A stretch of DNA of 64,000 bases, taken from an uncultured Alphaproteobacteria bacterium. Its GTDB lineage: Bacteria; Pseudomonadota; Alphaproteobacteria; UBA3830; CAYLKK01. Under the pieces are notes generated by a model. That model worked only from the letters and a program-made list of their open reading frames with translations, had not been told where the DNA came from and made no database searches. Below are positions 19,617 through 31,100 of the stretch, in pieces; the first letter of the stretch is position 1; each line of letters starts with the position of its first letter. The stretch spans positions 13,662 through 77,661 of the forward strand of contig CAZMHS010000001.1 of NCBI GenBank assembly GCA_964566185.1, given 5' to 3'. The position numbers and the translations under genes are program-made.

Positions 19617-22600
19617 ATGATTGGTAATAAAGTAAATAAGTCAGATAATAACGAAAGATTATCTTGTGATTGTGATGTTTCTGAAGAAATAATAGATTTC
19701 TCTCTAAAAAATCACGTTTCTGATGCGTTTTATGGCTTTTTTAAGAATTCATTTAAGGCTAGATGCAGAAGAGCTGTTCGTATGTTGCTTTCTGTCAGTA
19801 TTGGTCTTTTGATCGGCATGTTACTATGTTTTATATGCGGAGCAATGTTTATTAAATTTTTCGGTATAAAGCATGAATCTATAACTCGTTTATCCAAGTC
19901 ATATATTAGTACACTTTTTAAAGAGGAAACAATATCAATAAAGTCTAGTAACTTGATGTTTGACAAATTTTATCCAGTACTGATCGTAAATGGATTAGAA
20001 ATGAAAGGATTACGATTTAATGAAATTAGAATTATTCCATCTATATTTAAATCTATTTTTACGAAAGGCTTTTGCGTTGATAAAATTGAGTTGAAAAATG
20101 CTGATTTAGAGTTCGCAATTAGTACAAAAACTGATAATTTGTTTATAAAAAACTATTTTGCGCGGTTAGATGATAAAAGAAAGTATATTCCGATACATCA
20201 GATAAATGCTAATTTAGGCCAAGCATTGAAACACACGAAGTATTCTATAGAGAATTCGAATGTTATGCTTCGTCGTGGACGTGATGTTTTTTATTTAACA
20301 GATGTGTCAGCAATATTGCGATCAGATAATTCTGGAGTTGAATCTATAAGGTTTACATCTAAAATAGGGAATATAAGTAATAAAATTAAGTTTAATATTT
20401 CGTCAGATATTGCTGGAATTACATATGTAGAAGCATCTTTCAATAATTTGAATTCTGATGAGATTAACTCATATATAAAAGAAAAGAAAATAAAACATTT
20501 AGCACAAATTGCTTGTTTGTTAAAGTATATCAAGTCAAATTTATCGGGGAACGTATCTTGTGTGATTGACGGAAATACATTGAAAGCAGGTAAATTTAAT
20601 CTATCATCTGTAGGTGGTGTTTTAGTACCTATTAATTCTGGAAAGGCACAACAGATCAATAATCTTAATATCTCTGGTACATTCGATGATAAAACGTTGA
20701 CGATTGACGCCGCAGATTTGAAACGTAAAAATACTGCAGTTAAGATCTCCGGCATTAATATGTCTGAAGGTGATATTGCGAAAATAGACGGTACAATTGA
20801 GTTGAAGAACGTTTCTAAAACAGATCTGGCGATGTTCCCAGATAAAATGACGAATTTGTGTATGACGCTATTTAATAACAGTCTGCCTAATTTTCAATTG
20901 TCTTCACTGAAAATGGATGTTAGTGCATATCAAGAACATGACGGAAATTTGAAATATAACGTTTCTCATGGAATGTTTGAGGTTAAGGGTGCAGAATTTC
21001 CGTTAGCTGATAAAATTATACGTAATGTACATGCGTCTGGTGAAATTTTTAATGACTCAATACACATGAATATAAAATCTGCAAAGCTTGGCGAAATGCA
21101 AATTTGTGGAGGGAAAATTATACTATATAATAATGGCCATGAATGGAATGGCGAAATTCAGACAAAGCTTTCGAAAATTGAATTTATTAATCAAATGAAT
21201 ATTTTGAAAAAGTGTAAGTTGCCGTTCGATCAGTTCTCTCTAAGTGATCATGTCGATTGTTTTTTCATGATTGCAAACAGTAATTCTAGTACGAGCAATA
21301 AATTTGATATTCTTGGCGGACGTGCAGATCTGCGTTCTGGCAGTAGGGTTTTATCTGTTCAGTGGGATAAAGAAAAACTTTGTGTTGTTGGTGATGCCGA
21401 AACAATAAGTAAAAATGCTGTAAATGTAAATATAAATATGAATTTAAAAACAGATTCAGGGCGTAAAGTTATCACTATAGACAGTGATGATAATATAATA
21501 AGTTCGATTACTGGCATAGGAGCCGATGTATTGTGCGGAAAATATAAGCTTGTGTTATCTGATGAATGGAATGGCGCTATTGGTTCGTATAGCATAACCG
21601 GCGATTTAACAGGCGCCATATTAAAGTTACCAGCATTTGGTGTTATAAAATGTAAAAATGAACGTGGCTCTATATCTGCGGTTGCTAATGTAAGTGGGGA
21701 CGTTATAAAATTCGATTCTATTGATATTAAAACTGCAAAACATAATGTAGTTGGTAATTTGGTGTTTGATAGATCAAAAAATGAAATTGTATCTTGTAAT
21801 TTAAAAGATCAATGCAGCACGTCTAATAACGGCGCATCTGGTGTGTTCATACGTCAGATCGAAAATGGCAAACTAGAACTTAATGTGACAGGGAAATATT
21901 TAGATGTCGCAAATCTAGCTAGCATGTTGAAAAACATTAGTAGTAATAGAGAAGTTCTATTTTCCATAAAAGTTGATCAAGCAAGATTAACGAGTGTAAC
22001 ATGTGTAAGGGATCTGAAGGGACGTATTACTATTAAAAACGGCAATATTATCTCTGGTGGATTATACTGTGTGTTGTTGGATGGCTCTACAGTTGTTCTT
22101 GATGCGTCAAAAATAGATGATAATAGTGTGTTGAACGTTAATGTTTCTAATGCTGGTCAGTTCTTGAAAGAGCTTGATATTACAAATTCTGTTATTGGCG
22201 GAAAGATGAAAATGACAATGGCATCTGAGATAAATCCTGCTCGCGATATCAGAGCTATAAACTGTGAATTATCTGATATAATTGTTAAGGATAACGAACA
22301 ACTTTCAAAAATCGTTTCTTTATCTACAGCGAACAATGTCAATTCTAAGAATTTTGCACTTGGATTTAATGGAGTTGTTTGTTCAGTAACAGTAATGGAT
22401 GGACTTATAATTATCAATGATGGTAGAGCTATTGGACCGATGCTTTGTATGTCATTTAGCGGGTCATATAAGTTAGATAATGACGAATTAAAGATCGGTG
22501 GGATAGCTGTTCCAGTTAATATTGGCAATATTGGGCGTACAGTTTATTCTCCATATAATCTGTATGGCTCTCTAGCAGCACCTGATGTCGCGGTGAATCC

Positions 22601-22892
22601 TATTGCATATACGGATAGAAATATATTATCTGAATTGTTTGGTATAGGTATTAATGATAATTTTTCAATATGCGAAAATGTTACATCAGGTCTTCATGGT
22701 AACAAAATAGCAGATGTTTCTACTGGAGAAATAAAACCTATTGATCACAACGTAGAGGAAGTTTTTGTGAAAACTCCTGTAAATTTAGAAAGACTGAATG
22801 ATAATAAAGTGAAAAGGTCGAAAAAATCAAGTGCAAATAAAAAGATTATGAGAGATAAGGAGCTTGGGATAACAGTTACTCGTGGAATATAA
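19617..22892 (+). CDS. AsmA-like / YhdP-like giant envelope protein (single N-terminal TM, long beta-rich periplasmic body)
   Basis: An N-terminal anchor (MLLSVSIGLLIGMLLCFICGAMFI) is followed by about 1000 aa rich in N/S/G/I/K, in short alternating strands. The C-terminal ...GGIAVPVNIG...YGSLAAPDVAVNP resembles AsmA-family C-termini. The call is from architecture only. Confidence 0.5.
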   Translation: MIGNKVNKSDNNERLSCDCDVSEEIIDFSLKNHVSDAFYGFFKNSFKARCRRAVRMLLSVSIGLLIGMLLCFICGAMFIKFFGIKHESITRLSKSYISTLFKEETISIKSSNLMFDKFYPVLIVNGLEMKGLRFNEIRIIPSIFKSIFTKGFCVDKIELKNADLEFAISTKTDNLFIKNYFARLDDKRKYIPIHQINANLGQALKHTKYSIENSNVMLRRGRDVFYLTDVSAILRSDNSGVESIRFTSKIGNISNKIKFNISSDIAGITYVEASFNNLNSDEINSYIKEKKIKHLAQIACLLKYIKSNLSGNVSCVIDGNTLKAGKFNLSSVGGVLVPINSGKAQQINNLNISGTFDDKTLTIDAADLKRKNTAVKISGINMSEGDIAKIDGTIELKNVSKTDLAMFPDKMTNLCMTLFNNSLPNFQLSSLKMDVSAYQEHDGNLKYNVSHGMFEVKGAEFPLADKIIRNVHASGEIFNDSIHMNIKSAKLGEMQICGGKIILYNNGHEWNGEIQTKLSKIEFINQMNILKKCKLPFDQFSLSDHVDCFFMIANSNSSTSNKFDILGGRADLRSGSRVLSVQWDKEKLCVVGDAETISKNAVNVNINMNLKTDSGRKVITIDSDDNIISSITGIGADVLCGKYKLVLSDEWNGAIGSYSITGDLTGAILKLPAFGVIKCKNERGSISAVANVSGDVIKFDSIDIKTAKHNVVGNLVFDRSKNEIVSCNLKDQCSTSNNGASGVFIRQIENGKLELNVTGKYLDVANLASMLKNISSNREVLFSIKVDQARLTSVTCVRDLKGRITIKNGNIISGGLYCVLLDGSTVVLDASKIDDNSVLNVNVSNAGQFLKELDITNSVIGGKMKMTMASEINPARDIRAINCELSDIIVKDNEQLSKIVSLSTANNVNSKNFALGFNGVVCSVTVMDGLIIINDGRAIGPMLCMSFSGSYKLDNDELKIGGIAVPVNIGNIGRTVYSPYNLYGSLAAPDVAVNPIAYTDRNILSELFGIGINDNFSICENVTSGLHGNKIADVSTGEIKPIDHNVEEVFVKTPVNLERLNDNKVKRSKKSSANKKIMRDKELGITVTRGI

Positions 22893-23005
22893 CAATTGCT
22901 ATTGTTTTCATCTTGACATTTAGAACGCTGTTATGATACGATGCGGAGTACGTGTCGGATCGTGCTTCCTGTTTTCATGTTTTTCGTTGTTTTTAGTGTG
23001 AGATT

Positions 23006-25585
23006 ATGTCTGATCTTTTAAGTGATAATATTGCTGATATTCTACCATATAATTTTTCTGATAGCGAGCGTCGTTGGGGAGGCGTATTCGAGTCTAGTAG
23101 GTTATATACCAAACAATCTGTCTTAGACAGTACAAAAAAGAAATATTATGTGTTAGAAATGTTTCCATATCCATCTGGTAAAATTCATATGGGACATGTC
23201 CGGAATTATACGTTTGGTGATGTTATCGCGCGTTATAAGAGGATGCGTGGGTTTAATGTATTTCATCCTATAGGTTGGGACGCGTTTGGCTTACCGGCTG
23301 AAAATGCTGCGTTAGAACGAGGAATACACCCGAAAGAATGGACGCTTAAAAATATACAGTATATGAAATCTCAGCTGAAAAAGTTAAACCTATCGTACAA
23401 TTGGGATGTTGAGTTAGCAACGTGTTTGCCTGAGTACTATAGTTATCAGCAAAAGCTGTTTATCAAATTGTATAAAGCCGGGTATGTGTATAAGAAAAAA
23501 TCGTTGGTTAATTGGGATCCTGTTGATAATTGTGTCTTAGCGAATGAGCAAGTTATAGATGGTCGTGGGTGGCGATCTGGTGCCGTCGTAGAAAAAAGGA
23601 GTCTAGAGCAATGGTTTTTAAAAATTACTGATTTTTCAAACGATCTGCTGACAGACTTGCAAACGCTTGAGAATTGGCCAGATAAAGTGAAAGTCATGCA
23701 GGAAAATTGGATTGGCCGTTCAGAAGGGTTAACAATTTCGTTTATGTTAGAAAATGGCGGTGAGATAAAAGTTTTTTCTACTAGACCAGATACTATTTTC
23801 GGCGCGACATTTGTTGCTGTTTCTTACGATCATGAAATATTGAAGTCTGTGGCTGCAAATTCTGCTATTAAGTCTTTTGTAGATGAATGTAGTAAAGGCG
23901 GTATTAGCGCAGAGTATTCTGAGAAAGCAGAAAAGAAAGGTTTGAATACTGGATTGATTGCAATCAATCCTGTGAATGGGAAAAGAATACCAGTATATAT
24001 AGCAAACTTCGTGTTAAGTGGTCATGGGTATGGAGCAGTTTTTGGATGCCCTGCACATGATAATAGAGATTATGAATTTGCTAAAAAATACGGTTTGGAT
24101 ATAATTTCTGTCGTTGAACCTGTCGGCGATTGTAATGATAAATTGCCATATACGGGTAATGGTGTGTTGAAAGATTCTGAATTTTTGAACGGATTAACTA
24201 CGGCCGAAGCTAAAGAGAAAATTGCAGAAGTTTTAAGTGAGCGTGGTGTTGCGGAAAAAGAGACAGTATTTAAACTGCGAGATTGGGGAATTTCTAGGCA
24301 ACGTTATTGGGGGTGTCCTATTCCGATCGTTCATTGTGAGCATTGCGGCGAAGTCGTGTGTAGCGATGATATGCTGCCTGTGCTATTACCTGATGATGTA
24401 ACATTTGAAACAGTCGGCAATCCATTGGAACGCCATACGGAGTGGTTGAAAGTTAAGTGTCCGCAATGCGGAGGTCCTGCCCGTCGTGACAGTGATACAA
24501 TGGATACATTCGTTGATTCTTCATGGTATTTTATAGGATTCTTGAAAAAATTATTTGATGAAGATGATATATCATCTCAACGCATTCAGGAATGGTTGCC
24601 TGTCGACCAATATGTTGGAGGGGTAGAACATGCTATACTTCATTTGCTGTACGCTAGGTTTATAACGAAGGTTTTGTCGAAGGAGCTCGGCGCTAATGTA
24701 ACAGAGCCTTTTTCAAGCTTGTTAACGCAGGGTATGGTTTCTCATGTCACTTACAGAAAACATGATGGGTCGTGGTTATATCCAGCTGATGTCGAGTTTA
24801 CGAAAGATGGGCGCTGTATTGAGTCTAAATCAGGTGATGAAGTAGTCGTTGGTCGGTCAGAAAAGATGAGTAAGTCTAAAAAGAACGTTGTCGATCCTGA
24901 CGAGATAATTAAAGCGTACGGTTCAGATTCTGTAAGGCTTTTTGTCGTTTCTGATACTCCTCCAGATAAGGATTTTGATTGGACGTCTGATGGACTTGAT
25001 GGATGTTGGCGCTTTATTAATAGAGTTTGGCGTTTATATTCGTTTTGTTCTCACAATGGCATAAAGGTCGGTCCGTTGGATCTAACGAGGTTTTCTAATC
25101 ATAATGCGTCACAGTTGATTAGGAAGTTTAACGTAAGTGTGAAAAATATTACTGATGCGTTAGATAATAATTCATTTAACAAGGCTGTTGCTTATATAAG
25201 AGATGTTGTAAACGTTCTTTATGATCAAATGGATAATATTAATAAAGATGAATTTGGCATTGTTCTTGGGAATTTGGCGATTATGATATCTCCTTTTATG
25301 CCTTGTTTGGCTGAAGAGGTGTGGAAAGTAATTCATGGAAGTGATTTGGCTTGTTTGCAAGTTTGGCCGCAGTATTCTAAAGACCTTTTGGTAAGCGAAG
25401 TGATTACTCTGCCTGTGCAGATAAACGGTAAATTACGCGCAAATATCGAAGTACCTAGTGACGCTGACGAAGAAACAGTTTTTAGTTGTGCCTTAAAACA
25501 TGATAAAATTGCTCAATTCATAGGGGACAAAAAAATTAAAAAAAGTATATACGTTAACGGGAAAATTGTTAATTTTGTTATATGA
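23006..25585 (+). CDS. leuS: leucine--tRNA ligase
   Basis: The class I signatures are present: HIGH-type PYPSGKIHMGHVRNY and KMSKS (SEKMSKSKKN). It also has the CP1 editing domain and a zinc-like CEHCG..CPQCG. Confidence 0.98.
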   Translation: MSDLLSDNIADILPYNFSDSERRWGGVFESSRLYTKQSVLDSTKKKYYVLEMFPYPSGKIHMGHVRNYTFGDVIARYKRMRGFNVFHPIGWDAFGLPAENAALERGIHPKEWTLKNIQYMKSQLKKLNLSYNWDVELATCLPEYYSYQQKLFIKLYKAGYVYKKKSLVNWDPVDNCVLANEQVIDGRGWRSGAVVEKRSLEQWFLKITDFSNDLLTDLQTLENWPDKVKVMQENWIGRSEGLTISFMLENGGEIKVFSTRPDTIFGATFVAVSYDHEILKSVAANSAIKSFVDECSKGGISAEYSEKAEKKGLNTGLIAINPVNGKRIPVYIANFVLSGHGYGAVFGCPAHDNRDYEFAKKYGLDIISVVEPVGDCNDKLPYTGNGVLKDSEFLNGLTTAEAKEKIAEVLSERGVAEKETVFKLRDWGISRQRYWGCPIPIVHCEHCGEVVCSDDMLPVLLPDDVTFETVGNPLERHTEWLKVKCPQCGGPARRDSDTMDTFVDSSWYFIGFLKKLFDEDDISSQRIQEWLPVDQYVGGVEHAILHLLYARFITKVLSKELGANVTEPFSSLLTQGMVSHVTYRKHDGSWLYPADVEFTKDGRCIESKSGDEVVVGRSEKMSKSKKNVVDPDEIIKAYGSDSVRLFVVSDTPPDKDFDWTSDGLDGCWRFINRVWRLYSFCSHNGIKVGPLDLTRFSNHNASQLIRKFNVSVKNITDALDNNSFNKAVAYIRDVVNVLYDQMDNINKDEFGIVLGNLAIMISPFMPCLAEEVWKVIHGSDLACLQVWPQYSKDLLVSEVITLPVQINGKLRANIEVPSDADEETVFSCALKHDKIAQFIGDKKIKKSIYVNGKIVNFVI

Positions 25586-26064
25586 TCACAAGTAGATGGT
25601 TTTTTGCATTGCTGCTTTGTACTGGGTGTTCGATTACGCCTCTCTACAATTATGTTAATAATGATAGCTGTGGACGTAAAGCGAAGATTAGTGTGATACA
25701 TGGGCGAGACGGGCAGATTCTGAGAGCAGAATTGGATAGGCTTGTTAAATCGTTTCCCAATAGCTTATCTGGTTATACTATACATATTGAGCTCGAGCGC
25801 ATGCAAGAGCCTATAGCGTATGATGTGTATGGCTCGGCAAACATGCTAGTTACTCAGTATATTGCTGATGTTACAGTGAATGACACTGATAAACACAAGT
25901 TGATTGTACATGATAAATTTGAGGTTTCTGATGAGATAGGTATTTCTGATTCTCCAGGCGAGATAATATCTTCGATATGTATAGATAACGACAAGAGTAT
26001 GCTAAAGAAGCTTGCTTATAATATATTTAGTAGGCTCGATATGGTTTGCAAGAAGTTAAAATAA
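25582..26064 (+). CDS. lptE: LPS-assembly lipoprotein LptE (RlpB)
   Basis: It has a lipoprotein signal with a Cys lipobox (FALLLCTGC) and is about 160 aa. It sits in the conserved leuS-lptE-holA position and overlaps the leuS stop (ATGA). Confidence 0.6.
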   Translation: MITSRWFFALLLCTGCSITPLYNYVNNDSCGRKAKISVIHGRDGQILRAELDRLVKSFPNSLSGYTIHIELERMQEPIAYDVYGSANMLVTQYIADVTVNDTDKHKLIVHDKFEVSDEIGISDSPGEIISSICIDNDKSMLKKLAYNIFSRLDMVCKKLK

Positions 26065-26067
26065 AAT

Positions 26068-26871
26068 ATGAAAATTGAGTTAGAGCAGTTAAAGTATTCT
26101 AAATTAAAAGATTTACGTTTTTTGTTTGTATATGGTAATTTGCCAGAGTTGGCAGATGTCCTATATATAGAATTTTTGCGGTATTTAGAAGAAAATGGCA
26201 TCGCTGCGTTAGGAACATGTATTTCTTGCATTGATTTGTTAAAGAATACTGGGTCTCAACAGGAAGATTTATTTAGTACGGCTTTGCGTGTTTTTAGAGT
26301 AGCTGCAGTACAAGATAATAATGTAGATTCTTTTTTAAAAATGGTTGATGATGATCATTCATCGATTTATATTATTACTCCTGGAGATTATAAGAAATCT
26401 AAATGCGTATCAGATACGCTTGCTAAACGAACAGGGTGGTTATCTTTGCCGTCTTTCAAGAATAAATTGACGTATAACGCTATTTGCAGATTCTTTGTAA
26501 AAGGCGTATCGCCTAGCGATGTTGGTACGATGGTAGGTATACTAGAAAAATCAGAGGAAAGTTTGAGCTCTGTTATTGTTAAATTGGCGCTTTTATACGA
26601 AAGTGATAAATTTGCGGTTCAGCATTTTTATACTAATTCTAATAGCTGGGTTTTTGATATGCAGCCAATAGCATTATTGCGTTTTATTGCTAGTATGTGT
26701 TTGAAAGGGTGCACGGATAAGTTAAGTGAAGTTTTATACGGTAAATTAGTGAAAATAAACGAAAATGCTGTTTTGGAGTATTGCCTTCGCACAGAAGTGC
26801 GAGTGAAGACAGGTATTGATGCATCTAATGACATGATACTGAATGACATTTTAGTAGGAAATGTTTTGTAA
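26068..26871 (+). CDS. holA: DNA polymerase III subunit delta (short, divergent)
   Basis: The call rests on its position after leuS-lptE and the N-terminal pattern (L....L...RFLFVYGN.PEL). At 267 aa it is shorter than typical HolA. Confidence 0.5.
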   Translation: MKIELEQLKYSKLKDLRFLFVYGNLPELADVLYIEFLRYLEENGIAALGTCISCIDLLKNTGSQQEDLFSTALRVFRVAAVQDNNVDSFLKMVDDDHSSIYIITPGDYKKSKCVSDTLAKRTGWLSLPSFKNKLTYNAICRFFVKGVSPSDVGTMVGILEKSEESLSSVIVKLALLYESDKFAVQHFYTNSNSWVFDMQPIALLRFIASMCLKGCTDKLSEVLYGKLVKINENAVLEYCLRTEVRVKTGIDASNDMILNDILVGNVL

Positions 26872-26920
26872 CGACTTCTAGTTTTTACAAGTTTTGACGA
26901 GCGGTTTTAGAAAATAATTA

Positions 26921-26949
26921 TTTAAAGTCGAATGGAATTGCTGTATAAT
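26921..26949 (+). promoter_or_regulatory. candidate sigma70 promoter of RND operon 1
   Basis: TTTAAA (26921-26926), a 17-nt spacer, then a perfect TATAAT (26944-26949). This placement argues against the ATG at 26958 as the start codon and favours GTG 26988. Confidence 0.4.
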
Positions 26950-26987
26950 CCACGAAAATGATTTGTTTGTGTGGGGGAGGGACGTTC

Positions 26988-28136
26988 GTGCGTTGTTATT
27001 TCTTTAAGCGACTGTTTATTTTAGCATTTTTTGTGTTATGTGGGTGTAAGGAAGAGCAAGTCCACAAAGTTGTGCCAACTGTTGGCGTTATACATGTGAA
27101 AAGTTCCAGCGTGCCCTTAGAATTTGAAGCTGCCGGGAAGGTTTACGGTTCTCTTGATATACAAGTGCGAGCACAGGTGAGTGGCATTTTAAAAGAACGT
27201 CGTTTTAAGGAGGGCGAATTTGTTACCAAAGGGCAAAGTTTGTTTTTGATCGATCCTCAACCTTATATCGCAAGTTATCAGGCTGCTGAAGGTGATTTGG
27301 CTCAAGCTGAATCAGAAAAACGTAAAGCTACACGAGATTTGAAGCGCATGAAGAATTTGTTTGCGGTTGGTGCTGTTAGCAAAAAGGAGCGTGATGATGC
27401 TATTTCTACGTTTGAGCAGGCTGCTGCTCATGTGAAGGTTGCTGCCGCACGACTGAATCAGGCAAAAATTAATTTAGAGTATACTGATGTTAGAGCGCCG
27501 ATTACTGGGTTTGTTCGTGAGGAACGGCAAACTATCGGTAATTTAATTTCTGTCGGTAGTGAGAGTTCTCTGTTGACTTCTATGGTACAGTTGGACCCTG
27601 TTCGTGTTCATTTTTCAATTTCTGGGGAGTTTTGGCGTAAGGTCATTGATATGGTGAAAAGTGGCGCTGCTAGTAGGCCTGATATCGAGTGTTTAGATGT
27701 GCGATTAGTTCTTCCTAATGGGCATGTCTATCCTGAAAAAGGAAAGATAATATTTGTTGATAACATGGAAGATAAAGATACGGCTACAATCGGCTTTAAA
27801 GCTGAAGTTGCTAATGCATCTAATGAACTTACTCCTGGACAGTTCGTCAGGGTGAAGGTTGTGGGCGCAAGCTATCAGTGTCCTGTCATTCCTAATAGCT
27901 GTCTTTTATCATCGTCTAATGGTAACGTCGTGTATGTGATAGACAAAGATGGCGTTGCAAATGTTCGGGCTGTAAAAGTACGTTTGCTTGGTAATAATGC
28001 CGTTGTTTTAAGCGGATTAACCGATGGTGAGGTTGTAGTCAGTGAGGGATTGATAAAAGTTCGAGCTGGAGAAAAGGTAAACGCTGTTTTTAAAGATGTG
28101 AAAAAGAATGCCGAAGGTGAAGTAAATGTTCGCTAA
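26988..28136 (+). CDS. RND efflux periplasmic adaptor (membrane fusion protein, AcrA/MexA-like lipoprotein)
   Basis: GTG 26988 is preceded by GGGGGAGGG at 6-nt spacing. It gives a lipoprotein signal peptide (VRCYFFKRLFILAFFVLCGC). The protein has coiled-coil hairpin and barrel-sandwich motifs (LFLIDPQPY, INLEYTDVRAPITGFV). The track ORF starts at 26958. Confidence 0.9.
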   Translation: MRCYFFKRLFILAFFVLCGCKEEQVHKVVPTVGVIHVKSSSVPLEFEAAGKVYGSLDIQVRAQVSGILKERRFKEGEFVTKGQSLFLIDPQPYIASYQAAEGDLAQAESEKRKATRDLKRMKNLFAVGAVSKKERDDAISTFEQAAAHVKVAAARLNQAKINLEYTDVRAPITGFVREERQTIGNLISVGSESSLLTSMVQLDPVRVHFSISGEFWRKVIDMVKSGAASRPDIECLDVRLVLPNGHVYPEKGKIIFVDNMEDKDTATIGFKAEVANASNELTPGQFVRVKVVGASYQCPVIPNSCLLSSSNGNVVYVIDKDGVANVRAVKVRLLGNNAVVLSGLTDGEVVVSEGLIKVRAGEKVNAVFKDVKKNAEGEVNVR

Positions 28137-31100
28137 ATTTTTTATCGATCGTCCGGTTTTATCTACTGTTATTTCTGTTTTTATAGTTTTGTGTGGGGCG
28201 ATTTCGATATTTAATCTTCCTGTCGCACAGTATCCGGAATTGACTCCTCCGACTATATGTGTCGAGGCTCAGTATCCAGGTGCTAGCGCTGAGGTTATAT
28301 CAAATAGTGTCGCGAGTATATTAGAGGAAAAGATCAATGGCGTAGAGGATATGATATATATGAGCTCTAGCATATCGTCGAACACTGGAATCTCTACAAC
28401 TTTGGTGTCATTTCGTGTTGGAACTGACCCGGATAAAGCGATGATTAACGTTAACAATCGTGTGCAAATGGCTACAGCACTTCTTCCTGAGGTCGTAAGA
28501 CAGTATGGTGTAAAGGTTACGAAAAGATCGTCTACTATTTTGCGCGTTGGTGCGTTATACTCTACGTCTCATTTATATGATGCAAAGTTTTTGTGCAATT
28601 ATGCTTTGATTAATTGTGTAGATGCTTTGAAAAGAGTAAAGGGAATTGGTGATGTACAAATTCTAAGTGGCAATGATTATGCTATCAGAATTTGGCCTAA
28701 GCCTGACGTCTTATCTCGGTTAAACATTTCCGTTAATGAAATGCTTGGGGCCATAAAGTCTCATAATTCACAGCGAGCTGTTGGAAAAGTTGGACAGCAG
28801 CCGTCGGACGATACCGCAAAGTATTATACGCTGATAGCGAATGGACGATATACTGATCCTGAGCAATTTAAGAATATTGCTGTGCGAACAGATGTGAATG
28901 GTACCGTTTTACGTTTACGGGATGTCGCTGATGTCGAGTTGGGCGCTATGTCGTACGAGATAGATGCTAAAACAAGGGGATGTGTCGCTGTTCCTATTAT
29001 GTTCTTTTTGGCTAATGGAGCTAATGCTTTGGAAGCTGTCCGGTTAATTGATGAAGAAATGGCTAAGCTAGCCGAGAAATTTCCTGCCGGTGTGCATTAT
29101 AAAAATATATATGAGACAACGAAGTTTGTTGAGGAATCCATACATGAGGTTATAAAGACGTTATGTGAAGCTGTTTTGTTAGTCGTTTTAGTTATATTGC
29201 TGTTTTTGAAAAAATTTAAGGCTACTATTATACCGTGTCTTGCTGTACCTGTTTCGATTATTGGCGCTTTCGCCGGTATGTTAGCTTTTGGATTTTCTAT
29301 TAATACGCTGACACTATTTGGGCTGATACTTGCGATTGGAATTGTCGTCGATGATGCCATTATCGTTATAGAAAATGTTGAAAGAATAATGGAAACAGAG
29401 AATCTGCCTGTGAAAAAAGCTACTGAAAAGGCTGTCGGAGAAGTCGCTGGACCTGTTGTCGCCATTGTGTTAGTTCTATGCGCTGTGTTTACTCCGTGTG
29501 CATTCATGTCTGGGTTAACCGGCACAATGTTTAAGCAATTTGCTATTACAATCGCTGTGTCTGTTGTTATTTCTGGTATTGTTGCTCTTACGTTAACGCC
29601 TGCGTTATGCGTGATGTTTTTGGGCGGGAAGATGAGAAAAACTAAGGATAATGTGATTTTTGCGGTTTTTGACAGGCTGTATGGGCAATTCGAAAAGTTT
29701 TATATTAGTGTTGTTACTTTTTTGTTGAATAATAAGAAAGTCGCATCGTGTATTCTTGTTGCTATTTTAAGTTCTACTGTTTTGTTGTGGCACATTGTTC
29801 CGTCAAGTTTTTTACCTGAGGAGGATCAAGGCGTATCTTTCGGTTGCGCTATGATGGATCCGGGGGCTTCGTTGTCCCGCGCGAAAAATGTTGCAAAGTA
29901 TATGGACTACATTCAAATGAGCAATCCTGCTGTCGAAGACGTAATGTCTGTTGCTGGGTATGATTTAATGGGTGGAGCTGCCAAAAATAATGCTGTTACT
30001 ATGTTTACAAAGTTAAAGCCATTCGATAAACGTAAAGATAGTTCTATGAGTTCTTTTTCAGTTGTTAATCGTTTAATGGCTGCTGGATCGAATGCGACGG
30101 ATGCTTTAATCGTTGGGTTTAATCCGCCTCCAATTGTCGGAATGAGTACGACCGGTGGGTTCGAGTGTTATGTACAGTGCATTAACGATACGGATTTGAA
30201 TAAACTTGGCGCTAAGCTGAATGAGGTTTTGTTAGCTGCGTCAAAGAGAAAAGAGTTGTCTGGTGTTAGAACTAGCTTTTCGGCTAACTCTCCGCAGTTT
30301 AAGGTTAACGTTGATGAGTTGAAAGTGCTTTCGTATGGCATTTCGTTGGATGATCTTTATACTGAATTGCAAGCGGCGTTTGGTACTATTTATGTAAACG
30401 ATTTCATTAGGTCTGGTAGGACGTTTAAGGTTATTTTACAGTCTAAAAATGAGTATAGAGCTTATCCTGAGAAAATTAACGAGATTTACGTTACGTCTAA
30501 GAAAAGTCATGTAGTGCCAGTTTCTGCCTTTGTTTCCTTGGAGCCTATCGTTGGTTGCGACGTATTAGAAAGATTTAATAATCGTGTCGCTGGAAAGATA
30601 TTCGGTTCTCCGGCGGCAGGGTATACATCTGGTCAGGCTATGGATGCAATGGAGGAGATTTTTAACCAGGTACTCGGTAATGATTATTCGTTTTCTTGGT
30701 CAGGGTCGTCTTTCCAAGAAAAGGAAGCAACTGGTAGTGGTTCGTTTGCTATGTTAATTGGAATTTTCGTCGTGTTCTTAATCCTAGCTGCGCAATATGA
30801 AAGGTGGTCATTGCCTGTCGCAGTTATGTGTTCGATTCCATTTGCAGTGTTTGGAGCATTGTTAGGCGTGCTTATGCGTGGTTATAGCAATGATTTGTAT
30901 TTCCAAATTGCTTTAATTACATTAGTCGGGTTAAGTGCTAAGAATGCCATATTGATTGTTGAGTTTGCTGTCATGTTGAAAGAAAAAGGGGGTAGTGTCA
31001 TGGATGCAGCTATTCAGGCTATAAAACTGAGAATAAGACCTATCATAATGACATCTCTTGCTTTCATCTTTGGGTGTCTTCCTTTAGCGGTTAGTACTGG

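Noticed and set aside
22913-22937. TTGACA (22913-22918) and TGTTATGAT (22929-22937) lie upstream of leuS as a possible promoter.
   Set aside because: The -35/-10 spacing is only 13 nt. Only the extended -10-like element might be functional, so I did not annotate it as a feature.
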